From NCBI GenBank assembly GCA_010015585.1, contig ML975158.1: a stretch of 64,000 nucleotides of DNA. The stretch is one strand, 5' to 3'. This stretch comes from Eremomyces bilateralis CBS 781.70. Taxonomy: Eukaryota. The translations under genes were made by a program, and so were the position numbers. The notes under the pieces are model-generated. The model saw nothing but the letters and a program-made list of their open reading frames with translations. It ran no database searches and was not told where the DNA came from. This document shows positions 25,310 through 37,405 of this stretch, piece after piece; the stretch's first letter is position 1, and every line of letters begins with the position of its first letter.

Positions 25310-26749
25310 TCAATAACCCATCTCCTGCCGAAACCTCCGTTCCATCTTCACTAAATCAAGCGCTGCGTTCGAGAAACCGAACCGCTCAATGCATGCCCAC
25401 ATGTTTGAAATATACCGCCCGGCAATCTTCCTTCTGGAGGAACGACTCGCCGTCCGTGAACTTGCCCGTCTCGCACCCTCGGCACTTGGATGAGTTGGGG
25501 CAGTGGAGGAACGGGACATGTTGATATCCGATATCCCGGAACCTAGAATGTCCGTCAGTATAGATTCTGTATTGACAGAGATGACCACTCACCAATGAAT
25601 CTTGCTCTTATCTTCAAACAGCCCCAGCGCGATCGAATGCACCGGCGCGTCCCCCCACCGCTCATACCAGAACCCGCCCGCGCGATCTAGATGGTTGAAA
25701 TACTTCTCATACGCCTCGCTCCGCCAGAAATCCATATCGCCGATCTCAAAGTTCGACCAAAAATGACACGTCGAATATCCATGCGCCTTCTCGAAGTTCT
25801 CCGGCCGCCCCTCCTTGTCCGTCAGCCACTGGATGGCATTGTTCGGATGCAGATGCTCCTTGTGGACCGCCAGGAACTTCTCCGTCGCTGGCCACAGCCC
25901 CGCCACGCTCTCCGGGCTGTCGTACAGGTTGATCGTGTAGCCGTATGTCTTGTTGTGGTCCTGCATCCAGCCGAAGACATCGTAGTCGACGTCGCAGAAG
26001 AAGCGCACATTGGGCTCCACGCGCCAGTAGTACTTCGTGCTGAGGAGCGCTGGGTGCTTGTAGAAGAAGCCACTGTTCCAACGACACATTTGATGGTAGG
26101 AGAAGCGGTCCATGTATTGCACGCCTTGCGCTTTGAGCACCTCGACGGATTCGTCGTAGAGGTCACGGTTGATCCAGCTGGGCATGTCCCAGTGCTCTTT
26201 GGGGACGAGTTCTGGGTCGGGTTAGATTTTCTGCAACCGAATTGATGTGTGGGCACATACCATATCGCACCTCCGCCCTCGTTGCCGCACTCGTCTTCTC
26301 CTTGAACTCGTCTGTGAACGGCTCGTCATTGAGAAATAGCCAGGGGTAGTTGAACTTGGAGTTCCACGTCCGTTCCAGATCCCTCATGCTCTGCAGCATC
26401 GCGTCGATCTCGTTGTTCCGCACCAGCGCCATCAGGGTCGCGTTGACGCGGGAGGAGTCGGGGTTATTCGGCGCATAGTTGTTGCCTATGACTCTTCGTA
26501 GCGGTTCCGGTGGCTCGTCAGTTGCTGGTGGAAGAGAGATCGTTAGCTGTTGGACCTCGGGGTTGGGAGTGTTGAACCGGAGAGGGGAGACTTACGGTCC
26601 AGATTGGGGTCTTTCACCCAGTTCGTTATCTTCTCTTCCTTGGGGGGGGAACCATGTGGAAGATCGCTTTTGAAGATCTGGTACACCAGCCAGAGGAAGA
26701 GGAAAGCGGATATTAACGTCAGGAGCCGGATCGGGCGCGGCACGACCAT
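25310..26749 (-). CDS. Glycosyltransferase family 15 (KRE2/MNT1/KTR) alpha-1,2-mannosyltransferase, 4 exons
   Basis: Type II N-terminal TM helix; RVNATLMALVRN; FNYPWLFLNDEPF; SYHQMCRWNSGFF; YYWRVEP; CHFWSNFEI; GGFWYERWGDAPVHS; FRDIGYQH. Confidence 0.95.
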
Positions 26750-27254
26750 GATGGGTTGGTAATGATGCTGTGAGATTTCGGTGGCACAGTCGGGGACCCT
26801 CCACGGCGAGAAACAGCAAGAAGAATCAGATCACACTCGCGAGAATCTCATAATAAGTCATTCACGATCATGAAGTTCAGGAACCATGGCGGACAGTTGG
26901 GGCTAATTGTGCAGTACGATACTAGGCGGAAAAGGAGGGTCGGCGTTCGTTTGGTCGCTGAACATGGTGGCCGATCGGTCAATCGGTCCCTCGCACATGC
27001 TGCAGGCAGGTTTATTACCGGTAGCTCTTACGGACTAATCAATTCGATGGAACGGTCTCCCTTAGAGGAGTTAGAGTAGTCCCTCCCTTTCATTTTACGC
27101 CCAGATTTCGGGTCCAAATTGACAATGCTGACCCGATCAGTCCAGTAAATTCCAGTTGTCGCGGCGGTCGCTGCCAGGAACGGGGGCGAATGCAGGGATC
27201 CGACTCCCTCCCATTGGCCCCCCGCGGTTGGTGACTTCTGTTCTTAGTGTTCTA

Positions 27255-29108
27255 ACTGTACGGAATAAGTTCGAACCCCTGCCAGGGAGCCACCCACCTA
27301 AGGAGCCAGTATCACCATCTCAATCACCATCACTTAAACCGTGGTATCTCCACCACTACGCAATTGTATTTAGAATTTAAACAATAGGACTATTGTACAA
27401 TGTCATTGGGAGGCTCTTGGGTAGTTTGAGCTATTGGAATAGCCTGATTTGGTGGCGTATTCATGTCAAGAAGTCGTACAGCCTCTTGCGCCAGTTTGAT
27501 CTCTTGAATCTGTGCGAATTTGACATTAAGATCTATCTGAACCTTCTTCTTGCGTTTGGGGGCTGCAGCGGCATCTAGGCGGGCCTGGAGACTCGCAATT
27601 TTCAGATCTGACGCAGCCTGACGCGCCTGTAGCACTCCGATTGCCTTAGCTGCTTTCCCCATGTATGCCTTGGTCGCCTTCGCCACGCGTGTGTTCTTGC
27701 TAAGAACGCGCAATGCACTTTGTATTTGTTTGGGCTTGTAGGGCGTCGTCTGGAGGACTGATGGGACTAGTATTGGGCTGCCTGGAGGCGTGTTTGGTGG
27801 TGGAATTGAGGATGCGGTTTCGGTAGTCGTGGGCGGTATCACGAACCGGTTATTGAGGCCTTTTGACGGGTCCCACGGTATAAGACCCGCGGCCTTCCAT
27901 CCTGATCTGATTGTACGGTCAATTAGGCGTGCCCGACGCGCCTCAGCATAGAGGACAATGAATCTTCGTCGTTTAATCGGTAGCGCCTCGTCGATATACG
28001 CGCTGTGGCGGAGGAGGGCCTTGTAGAAGCGTTTTAGAGGTGAAAAACAGGCGAGATCGAGGGGTTGAAGGATATGGGAGGTATGCGCAGATAGGAAGAC
28101 CACAATCACGTCATTTATCCTGCATTCGTACAGGAAATCGACGGTTGCGTGGCTTCCGTGCCCGTCCATCAGTAGAATCCTGTACCGTCGCTCTGTAGCG
28201 GTTTCAGGAAGGAAAACCGTACGAAGCCACACCAACGCGTGTTTATCTGAAGTCCATCCGTTCGGCGATACCGCATAATGAAAGTCTGGAGGTTGTTCGG
28301 GGAACCAAGCAGCTTGTAGAGACGCGCCTTTCTGGATAACGGTCGCTTTGAGAGAGCGACCGGTTGCAGAGACTGCTTCTATGATAGAAGACCATTCCCG
28401 GTTCTCAGGACTCGTGATATAAGCTGTCGACTTCTGCGAGTCTGCGATGACAGTAGAATTAGCACATATCCCCATTCCAACACCGACTTCATCCATATTC
28501 CATGTATCGGAAGGGTGGACATCGTACTGTATTTGAACTTGATGGAAATACGCGTAAAAGCCATTGATTCGATCCTATGTTGCAGCTTGACGTCGTACGA
28601 CATCTAGACTATGTCCAATACACGTTGCAACGCGTGGATTTCGATGTAGAAATCGTGGTACCCAGTTCTTCCCAAGGCGCGTGGAATCCCCTTGAAGGGA
28701 TAAAACTCGCGATGCCATTTCGCGAAGTCGTGCGTGGGTAGGAGGAAATCCTTGGGCGTCCTTCTCAAGTATCCAATCAACTAAAAAGGTCTCTTGCACC
28801 GGTGTAAGACGTTGATTCGATATTTGGGCTTGAGATCGTGGAGGGACACCTTTGAGGCGGTTTTGAAGCGTTCGTCGGGTGACCTTGAATAGGGCCGCAG
28901 CTTCGTTCTGTGATTTGCATTGACCGGTCTCTAAGGCATGAATAGCCTGTTTGACTAGATCCTCTAAAGATGACATCGTAATATTAGATGGTGGCGGAGA
29001 TATCACGGTTCAAATGATGGTGGTTCAATGGTGATACTGGCTCCCTAGGTGGTGGGGGGGGGGGGGGGTGGCGACTTGGCCGGGGTTCGAACTTATGTAC
29101 TGAGCCGT
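27255..29108 (-). mobile_element. Fot1/pogo-family (Tc1/mariner superfamily) DNA transposon
   Basis: Imperfect terminal inverted repeats flank a transposase: ATAAGTTCGAACCCC...ACCTAAGGAGCCAGTATCACCAT... at 27265-~27345 matches the reverse complement of ~29010-29096. The outermost ~10 bp are degenerate, so the ends are approximate. Confidence 0.9.
27390..28976 (-). pseudogene. pogo/Fot1 transposase (HTH-psq + CENP-B HTH + DDE_1) with one premature stop
   Basis: N-terminal HTH region (LTPVQETFLVDWI, LGKNWVPRFLHRNP), then TAG at 28575-28577. The same frame continues into WNMDEVG, NGWTSD, LLMDGHGSH and HTSHILQPLD (DDD triad). Confidence 0.9.
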
Positions 29109-29240
29109 TCGTACTATTGTTTCCTCATCCAAACATCCGGTAGCCTGGCACGCCTGGTACACTGGTAGACAGCATGTGATATCGCAGCAGTCAAGAAATA
29201 GAAACTAACTCCATCCTCCACTAAATGGAAATCGATTCTG

Positions 29241-31955
29241 ATGGCGCATTCCTCCACTGTTGGCTCTCTTGTCGGAGCCCTGGCCGGCAGCATCACCGGC
29301 CTCTCCGAGAAGGTTTGTAGCCCCACCTATCCCAACGAATAATCCTCACTGAAATCATATGAATAGAAAGATCATCCGAAATTCAAAAGAGCAAGGGATC
29401 ATGCGGTGAGGAATTTACGATCGCATAGCTTCGTTCGACCGAGCCAGTTCGAGACGAAAAACGCCGTCGACGGGTTGGTCGAGAAGTTTCAAGTACTGGG
29501 TCGAGACGACCTCGCCGATGCTCTGGGGCAATGTCTTGGGGACCTTACGGCATGGAATTCAAAATGGACACCGGAGTATCTTGCTCTACTGCTCGAACTC
29601 TCGCAGGATCCGGTCCGCAAGGGACAGGTCAAAGAGACGTTGCATGAACGGGCGCTGACACTGCCCCTGAGGATTGATTGGAAGAATATCATTGCAAAGT
29701 CGAGACAGAAAGAAATCTGGGAGGATATCGACTATGCTGCGCAGTCTTCTGATGATGAGGAGGAGGAGACGATGAGCGAACCGGAGCAGAAGCCGAGAAC
29801 GGCGCAAGAACTCCCCGAGGACGACATCATAGATCTGGCCTCATATGTCGTCCCTGTCGATGAGACCGCCCATCTATCCCTCTTCTCGCCATTTCCGAAA
29901 GACGAGACCTTCGCACCGCAGACTCAACGAGTTTTGCTACCCCCGCAAGTGGTCCCTGAGATTTTCTTCATCCGCGAGTCCCTCTCGATGCTCCACGGGC
30001 TTCCGACATCTCTCTATTTTGTCCGCATAGAGACGAAGAAGAACGTGTCTGTTCAACTGTCTGGACCGCCGATTTTCTTCGAGTCGGCTACGGTCGAAAC
30101 GTGCAAGAGCCTGTCGCGAGCGTTTGCGGACTTGGGGGCCAGCATCAACGTCGTACGCACCTGGCATGAGGGAGGCGGAAGCATACCTTGGCTAGAAGCG
30201 TTCCAGGACGAGACTCGCGCTGTCATTCGGTCGTTTGATGCTAGCATTACGCAGATTGAGCAAGGATTGTTACGAACTACATCTGAACGGCTTATCAGCG
30301 CCCTTTCAGTCCTCGATTCCGCCCGGGAAGCTGCGCGTGTTCCCGTGCTCTTCTCACGGATCGCCGGGGCATCCATAGTGAGACCAGGGCAATTCTCTCG
30401 GCTGGACGGATTGTATGACATGACATGCCAATGCCAGATTACAGAACCCCCGGAGGTGTTCCAGCGCCTGGCGACGACACTACATCGATGCCTGGAAGTG
30501 TACCTTCGACCCGTACAACGCTGGGTCTTCCACGGGGAATGGGACGATGAGAATCGCGTATCCTTCCTGCGCACTGATATGATTGGCACAAGCTTTAATA
30601 CGACTCCCACTTCCCAATTTCGGGGGGGCGACAACATACGAAACTACCATACCCCAACGTCGATTCGGCCCGAGGCACCGAAATTTTTTCATCAGATTAG
30701 CCTCCTCAAGGCGATTACCAACGCCGGGTTGGCAGTCCAGTTCCTCAAGCGGCTCGGGTACACGAGAGACGATGGAAGATTGCCACGACACGAATCCATC
30801 ACGTTGATTCCCTTCCATGGGGGTGCCGACTTCATCCCTTTGGAACTGCGAGTCGAGGACGCGCTTCAAAAATGGACGAGCGAAGCGACCACCGGTTCGC
30901 AGACACGGCTTTACGAAGCTGTGGTCCATGGCCGCTCGTTCATGCGCTATGTCGACGGGCTCCATGCGGTGTTCCTCGCGACTGATAAGTCCGCGTTCGC
31001 CGAGTTCTCCGACGCAGTGATCCTTGCGATACGGCAGGCGCCGGCCGGAATGCTTACGGATTCGGCCATCACGGCACTTGCGCAGAACTATCTGGGACAG
31101 GTCCCTCCAGTCGATGGCTGGAGGATAAAGATATATTTCCCGAAAGAGGCCGAGCACCGCAATCTGGTTGAGATAAGCCGATTTGAGCTGCAGTACAAGG
31201 TATGGCCGGTAGACTTTGAACCGCTCAACCGACTAACATCCACCCAGCTCCCTTGGTACGTGCAGAACGTAGTCCAACACCAAGCCATCGAAGCGTTCCA
31301 ACGCATCTTCTCCCTCCTGCTCCTCATGTCATTCGCGAAGACGAGCATCGAGCAGCAACAGATCTCCTTCCGCACCAGGTCCTGTCCTCACGGGCCCTCC
31401 TGCGCCTTCTGCACCCGCCTCTCCGCCCTCCGCCACCGCTTCCTCGTCTTTCTCGGCATCTTCGCGTCATATGTGACGGTCACCGTCCTGGAACCGGCGA
31501 TCGCGGGCTTGCGGAACGATATCAGCACCTGCGCCCGCTTCGATGTGCTGTGTGAGCTGTACGATAAGTTCGCGGACACCGTCGAGTCACGGTGTTTGGC
31601 GTCAGAGAAACTGCGGCCGATTTTCGAGGCGATGGAGGCGATTCTGGTTGTGGGGATCCGGATACCGGGGCTTCGCGCCACCCATCTGGGGAGAGAAGGG
31701 ACGGTGTCTGCACAACGGGGGACGGGTCGGTATATTCCCGGCGACAGTGATTCGGACGCCGATGAGGATCTCTTCGATGAATTCCCGAACGGCGACAATG
31801 AGAAAGATGTTGATGGCACGGTGAGAACGCTACAGGAGGAGTTCGGCAGGAGGATCCGGTTCGCGGTCGCGGGTCTCCATGGCATTGGACGCGCGGGGGA
31901 CGATTCGACGTGGAGTCTGCTTGCGGCGAGGTTGGAGCCGTTGGTTACGAGCTAG
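29241..31955 (+). CDS. Gamma-tubulin complex component, Spc97/Spc98 family (GCP5-like)
   Basis: Short exon 1 MAHSSTVGSLVGALAGSITGLSEK, then an intron. VDGLVEKFQVLGRDDLADAL; WTPEYLALLLELS; IRESLSMLHGLPTSLY; YLRPVQRWVFHGE; YK/LPWYVQNVV...FQRIFSLLL. Confidence 0.8.
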
Positions 31956-32772
31956 TGATACCCATGAGGACGGATAATGATTTAATGCAATCAGCGCCAC
32001 GTCTAATTGCGCATACGATGCCTTACCCCTGAATGAAACTAGTGATTCACTACTATCATAAATCATCTGGAGCGTGCTGTATTTGTACTTGGGAAGATCA
32101 TGATATCTTGCTCAGACTCCTGGCCGTAGAGAGAGGTTTCGGTCCAGTTAGAGGCCTTGGTCGCTCACATCGGGGCAAGGGGCTCCTAAGGTATTCGTAT
32201 CGTTCAGGTTTGAAAGGAGCGTTCTACTGTAGGGGGCCACTGCTTACTAAGACATGGGTCTGGGTGCCAACTTTTCCACATGCTTGAGCTTCGAAGGGTA
32301 ACGGTGTGTCTTACTAATAAATTTAGTTCTGTATTATATACGTATTGAATCAATGTATTGGCTCCATTGGTAGTTATCAAAACGCATCCCATGGGTATGT
32401 ATCAAATTTCCACCTGTAAGCCAATTCTATGATATTTCTTAAGAAATTAGTTCTGTCTATTGAACTAAAACCACTGCCTGATATCTATTTCGTTCGAATC
32501 CTTCTGCTGCTGGTTGTTCCTAATTGTGACATTTTACTGCGTCGAGGCAAGTGTGGAGAACCCTGGTCGATTTAGTGTCTCTAGCTTCTGGAATCCAGCC
32601 AGATCTCTTGATATCCATTATCCAAGCTTGACAGCGAGCTCATACATTATTTACAAACCACATCATCATTCCGACCATGGCAGCTTTGGTTTAAGATCTG
32701 TGTTTTGGAGACATCACCCAGTCTTACGAAGTACCGGTAGCCCATTCAGCCCCTCATTAACCTCCCGGCAAG

Positions 32773-33599
32773 ATGCATTCGGCCCTGGTGCGGTTGCAGA
32801 ATGTCTTCGGCTTCTTTACCACCGTGGCATCGTGCATTGCGATCCTGATTGCATTCTCCTCCTTCACGTCTCCACAGACGCCGTCCGCCTCGTTGAAGTT
32901 GAGAAATGTACAAGTGTAAGAATCTGGGCCTCCTTATATCGTATGAGATCGCAAGAGGCTTACAATATTCTTCAGAGTCAAAGGACGACCGCATTACTAC
33001 AGTTCGAAGAAGGAAGAATACGCTCATATCAAATTCGACCTGGACACTGGTATGCGTTGAGAAACCACAAGGGCCTGAACCAGTCTGACATACCCCTCCC
33101 AGATCTCTCCTCCCTCTTCAACTGGAACACCAAACAAGTCTTCCTCTACATCAAAGCCACCTACCCCCCTACCTCCCCCTCCGAACCTCGCACCGAAGCC
33201 ATCCTTTGGGATGCCATCCTCGCCGGCCCCATCCAACCCCCGCACCACAACCACTGGGACCCCCACGCCTCTACGAAATCCCGCCGCTCCAAATCCCCCC
33301 CCAAATCCCCCTCCACCAAACCCCCCGGCATCTTCAAGCTCGCCAACCAACGCCCGAAGTACCAGATCACTGACCCCTCCGGGCGGATTGCCGCGCAGGC
33401 GAACGCGACGCTGGAGCTCGCGTGGAACGTGCAGCCGTGGGTGGGCGCACTGACGTGGTCGCGGGACGCGGACTTCGGGGTGTGGAAGAAGTTGAAGGGG
33501 GGGAGGACGAAGGCGTTTACGTTCCCGGCGTTGAAGGAGAAGGGGGAGGGATTGGGGACGGCGAAGGGTGGGGAAGGGAATCGAGGAAAACCGGCGTGA
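32773..33599 (+). CDS. SPC3: Signal peptidase complex subunit 3 (SPC22/23), 3 exons
   Basis: Spliced sequence MHSALVRLQNVFGFFTT...VKGRPHYYSSKKEEYAHIKFDLDT/DLSSLFNWNTKQVFLYI...LWDAI...KYQITD...WNVQPWVGAL. Confidence 0.93.
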
Positions 33600-34617
33600 G
33601 GAGTGGCAGAGGGATGAGGTTAAGGGATGATGAAGGCGTCTCGGCGATGTATATTGCGGCGTTCGAGGGAGTTCGAGAGTGTGGTTTCTTGGGATGACGG
33701 TGTATACGAGCTATATCAAGCATGACCTAGAGTAGAGGTTCCTAGCTGTCGTACTACGTATGGGAGCATGCGGTTGAATGCTGGCTCAAGTTGTACCCCG
33801 ATTTCTCCGACTCAGACCTAGATCCTCTGGCTTGTATTCATATTGGCCAGCATGGTTCTCTCGGATTCTGATACCTAAGGTATTCCCGATATTAGGTCGT
33901 ATCAGACGATATGGGTCTAGATTTCGGCCCGCTGACATACGGATATCCGCCCTCTGCAATCTAGACCGAACTCTACCATCGCGCTTGTTAATGTTACTGG
34001 ACGGGTGCTGAGGAATTCATTGTACCTTGCCATTAAGCCTTGTGGTTCGCGTAAGCTCAGCACGGAACCATCCTTAGATAGAGATCTGAGATGCCAACAA
34101 GAACAGATCCATGCAAATTACTTTTCTTAGCGATGGTCCAGACTCTGCGGGGTTGTAGTTTGCTTACGGCGGCAGCTGTCAGCACTATTGGACTCGATAA
34201 ATATAACTATCACATAGACTATCATAAGATAATTGGATCGGATTGACCACTCTAAACATCCCTATTCGATGGTTGGAAAGTGTGTGATGACGCTCCCTTG
34301 AATTTCCGTTGACGAGGCATTTGAAACGCCGTTTGGTATGCAAGATGCAGATCTCGCTAGTAACTTGAATCCTCAGAAGCGTCGCTTAACCTGCCGCTTA
34401 ATATGCCGAGGAAGGACGTAAGCTAGCATCATGCCCTACGTCGGATACTGCGGGGAGATTTTCTAGACCGCTACCTATATCACGATCATCAGGTCGATTT
34501 AAAGAAACAAATAATCCTCAAGGCCCTTTTCTACTAGCAATTGTCCCAGCCACTTCCGATATCTTCAACTTTCACACAATCAGCCCTAATACTGTCCCGC
34601 TACCAACTCCCTCCACC

Positions 34618-35159
34618 ATGGCTACCGGTTCGTGCCTCTGTGGAAAGGTGAAGATCTCCTACTCCGGAGAGCCAGTCGCTCAAGTACTCCCCACCCTTCC
34701 CACTGCATACGTCTCGTCTGATCCCCTCCCAGGCCCTCTGCCACTGCGGTGACTGCAAGAAGATCTCCGGCGGCACTCACAGCATCAACCATGTCATCGT
34801 CAGCGACGACTTCGCCGTGACCGGCGACCCTAAGCAATTCACGAAGACCGCCGATAGTAAGCCACACCCTTCCCTTTCCCCCTTCACCATCCGATCCCAC
34901 CATCCAATCCCGCCATCCGACCCCACCAACTAACCTCCTCTTAGGCGGCAAGTCCATCATCAGCCACTTCTGTGGCGACTGTGGCAGCACGCTCTTCCGG
35001 ACAGGCGGGTCGTTTGGCCCTGCACACATTGTGAAGGCGGGGGTTCTGGACACGCCGGGCGTGCTGGAGAAGGGGAAGCCTGTGTCGGAGCTGTTTGCGC
35101 CGCAGCGTCCGTCGTGGGTTCCGGCGGTCGAGGGGGCGGCGCAGAAGGATGGGATGTGA
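34618..35159 (+). CDS. GFA / CENP-V (Mss4-like) zinc-binding protein, 3 exons
   Basis: MATGSCLCGKVKISY/ALCHCGDCKKISGG.../GKSIISHFCGDCGSTLF...VKAGVLD...ELFAPQRPSWV. Missed by the ORF track because of introns. Confidence 0.9.
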
Positions 35160-35357
35160 GGTCTTGAGGATAAGATGGATGGGGATGGTGTAGGCAGAAG
35201 TTATCGAGGCGAGGACGGGCCTGGAAAGGAAGGGTGCAATGGTTTCGGGGACTGGTACACGTCGAACTGAAATGTAGCCCTCTGCTCTCAAGGGGATGCG
35301 GATTTTCAGGAATGTCCCTCGAGCGTGAGGACGCCCGTCATAGCAGAATCAATCCCA

Positions 35358-35725
35358 TCACTCGCTTCCCGACTCTTCTGCTTCCCTGACCGTGTCTTTC
35401 AACTCCTACTACATGTAAGCAACCTTCGCTAAACAGAAGTACAAGGCTCTCATACTTCCTTGAGGAAACGTTTGAGCTCCTCCAGCTTGTCGGTCTTGAC
35501 GAGGACCGTCTCGTCATCGAGGTCTTCGATGATAATCTCATTGCGCCGCTGCTTGTCGATCTTGACGATGATGGCTTTGATGCTTGCGTCGCACTCGACG
35601 AGGGCGCCTAGGATGTTCGTTAATGAGAGATCTGAGGAGAAGATGTTGGGGGGGTGTGAGGGAGTCGAGGTTCTGTATATTGTGCCAGAGCGAACAACAA
35701 GCATACCTTTGACGGCTTTGACCAT
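35358..35725 (-). CDS. TFB5: TFIIH subunit Tfb5/TTDA, 3 exons
   Basis: MVKAVKG/ALVECDASIKAIIVKID...IIIEDLDDETVLVK...LKE/ELKDTVREAEESGSE*. Confidence 0.92.
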
Positions 35726-36504
35726 GGTTCGTCTAGCGGAATGTGGTGGATACGGTTGGAGGTAGAATAAGGAGTGTCGTATCGACGAGCGAGGAAGGGA
35801 GTTGATATATAAGTAAGGGAATCTTCCGCTCACCAGTGTATATGGAGTATCAACCAAACTTCACGTTATGAGTTGCAGCGCTCCAATCCACACTTAACTG
35901 TGTATGGCTTAACTGTATGGCTGACACACAGAGACACTCCATGAAACTCGGCTGGTTCCACCCGTTCCAGTAATTCAATACCTTACGTCCGTAGTAGTTA
36001 ACACTTAGCTCTTAGGTCATGCAAGAAAGCGCGCCTCTCCAGCATCCATGAATCATGATCCACGCCATTCCGGACCCTTAAAGGCGCCATCTCAATAGAG
36101 TTAATATCCCACAACTCCACGCTTACCCACTCAACTAGAGTTACCTGACTTCCCCTCAATTCCGTTGTCTGCATCAGACTGGAATATCAGATTGAACTTG
36201 GAAGACAGCTCGTTGTTCAATTCTGTCATATTCCTTTCTGGCTGAGGTTACACACCGATGTCGACTATAACTCGTTATGACCATCCCCGGTTGCTTCTTC
36301 CATTATCGCCATTTCATCCATACATCTGGGTTCAGGCCGATTGAATGAAGCTGATGATAACACCCCAACTCAACTGGCGACCTGGTTATTAACCTGAGCG
36401 ACATCATGTTTGTGGAGAACAGCGATTGAGACACCATTGCTCCTCTACTTCCCTTCGAAATCCTCCTGAAGCCGGCTATCATCAGCTTCTAATAGAAGAC
36501 GACC

Positions 36505-37185
36505 ATGGCCGATTCACCGACATCTCCTTTGTCCTCCTCCTCCTCCTCCTCATCCCCATCCACCCTCTCAACCTCCATCTCTCTGCCCCTCTCCTCCTCC
36601 ACCCTCCTCAACCCCGTCCCCCTCCCCTCCACCTTCACCCTCAACCCCCCCCTCACCAACCTCACCACTACCCCCACCTCCACCACCAAACCCGCCACCA
36701 CCCCTCACCGCCCCGGCGCCCCGCCCTTCGACCCAAACGAACAGCGTGAATCCAGCCTCCTCAACTACTATTTCGTCTTCCTCGCCCTCCTCATCGCCTT
36801 CGTCGGCCTCGCCATCTGGATCGTCCACCGGCGCAAGAAACGCCGCAAGCAGCGCCTCCTCGCCCGCGGTCAGCACGCCCTCGCCCGCGACCTCGAGGGC
36901 TGGACGAGTCGGAGACGGTGGTATCGGGGGGGTTGGCGGATTGGGGAGGTGACGCCGAGGAGCCAGGCAGAGGGGTTGAATGAGTTGGGGGAGGCGCCGC
37001 CGCCGTATACTTCGAGTGAGGGGGGAGCGGAGGAGGGGGGAAGGCCCGGGACTGTGGAGAGGAGGGAGGAGGTGGAGTTGGTGGAGAGGCCGAGGGCGTT
37101 GCATGCGAGGGGGGGTTCGCTGCCGCCGGATTATGCAACGTCGACGGCTTCACGGAGTACAGTGGGGATCAATCGGGGTGGATAG
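36505..37185 (+). CDS. Single-pass membrane protein with Ser/Thr-rich N-terminus and cytosolic PY motifs
   Basis: S/T/P-rich N-terminus; TM segment LLNYYFVFLALLIAFVGLAIWIV; basic stop-transfer HRRKKRRK; GLNELGEAPPPY and LPPDY. Confidence 0.75.
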   Translation: MADSPTSPLSSSSSSSSPSTLSTSISLPLSSSTLLNPVPLPSTFTLNPPLTNLTTTPTSTTKPATTPHRPGAPPFDPNEQRESSLLNYYFVFLALLIAFVGLAIWIVHRRKKRRKQRLLARGQHALARDLEGWTSRRRWYRGGWRIGEVTPRSQAEGLNELGEAPPPYTSSEGGAEEGGRPGTVERREEVELVERPRALHARGGSLPPDYATSTASRSTVGINRGG

Positions 37186-37405
37186 GATGTTTGCGGGGTG
37201 GCTCCGTGCTGGCTTTTATTGGGGAGGGATGCGGGATTACGGATATGGATCCGTCCATTGTCTTCACGGGATTATTTTATGATGGGCATAGCGATTGGTG
37301 TTTGGGGACGGGGTTGGTTGCCATTCGCTTTCTACAAAGTGTATTGTACAGACTTTTAATACATGACGACGGTAACGACTATAAATGACATGGGATTCGG
37401 CGTAT

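Noticed and set aside
27265..27285. tRNA T-loop/B-box-like GTTCGAACCCC
   Set aside because: It is part of the transposon TIR (mirrored at 29081-29096), and no cloverleaf can be built.
32490..32505. GTTCGAATCC B-box-like motif
   Set aside because: No T-stem, D-arm or acceptor stem around it.
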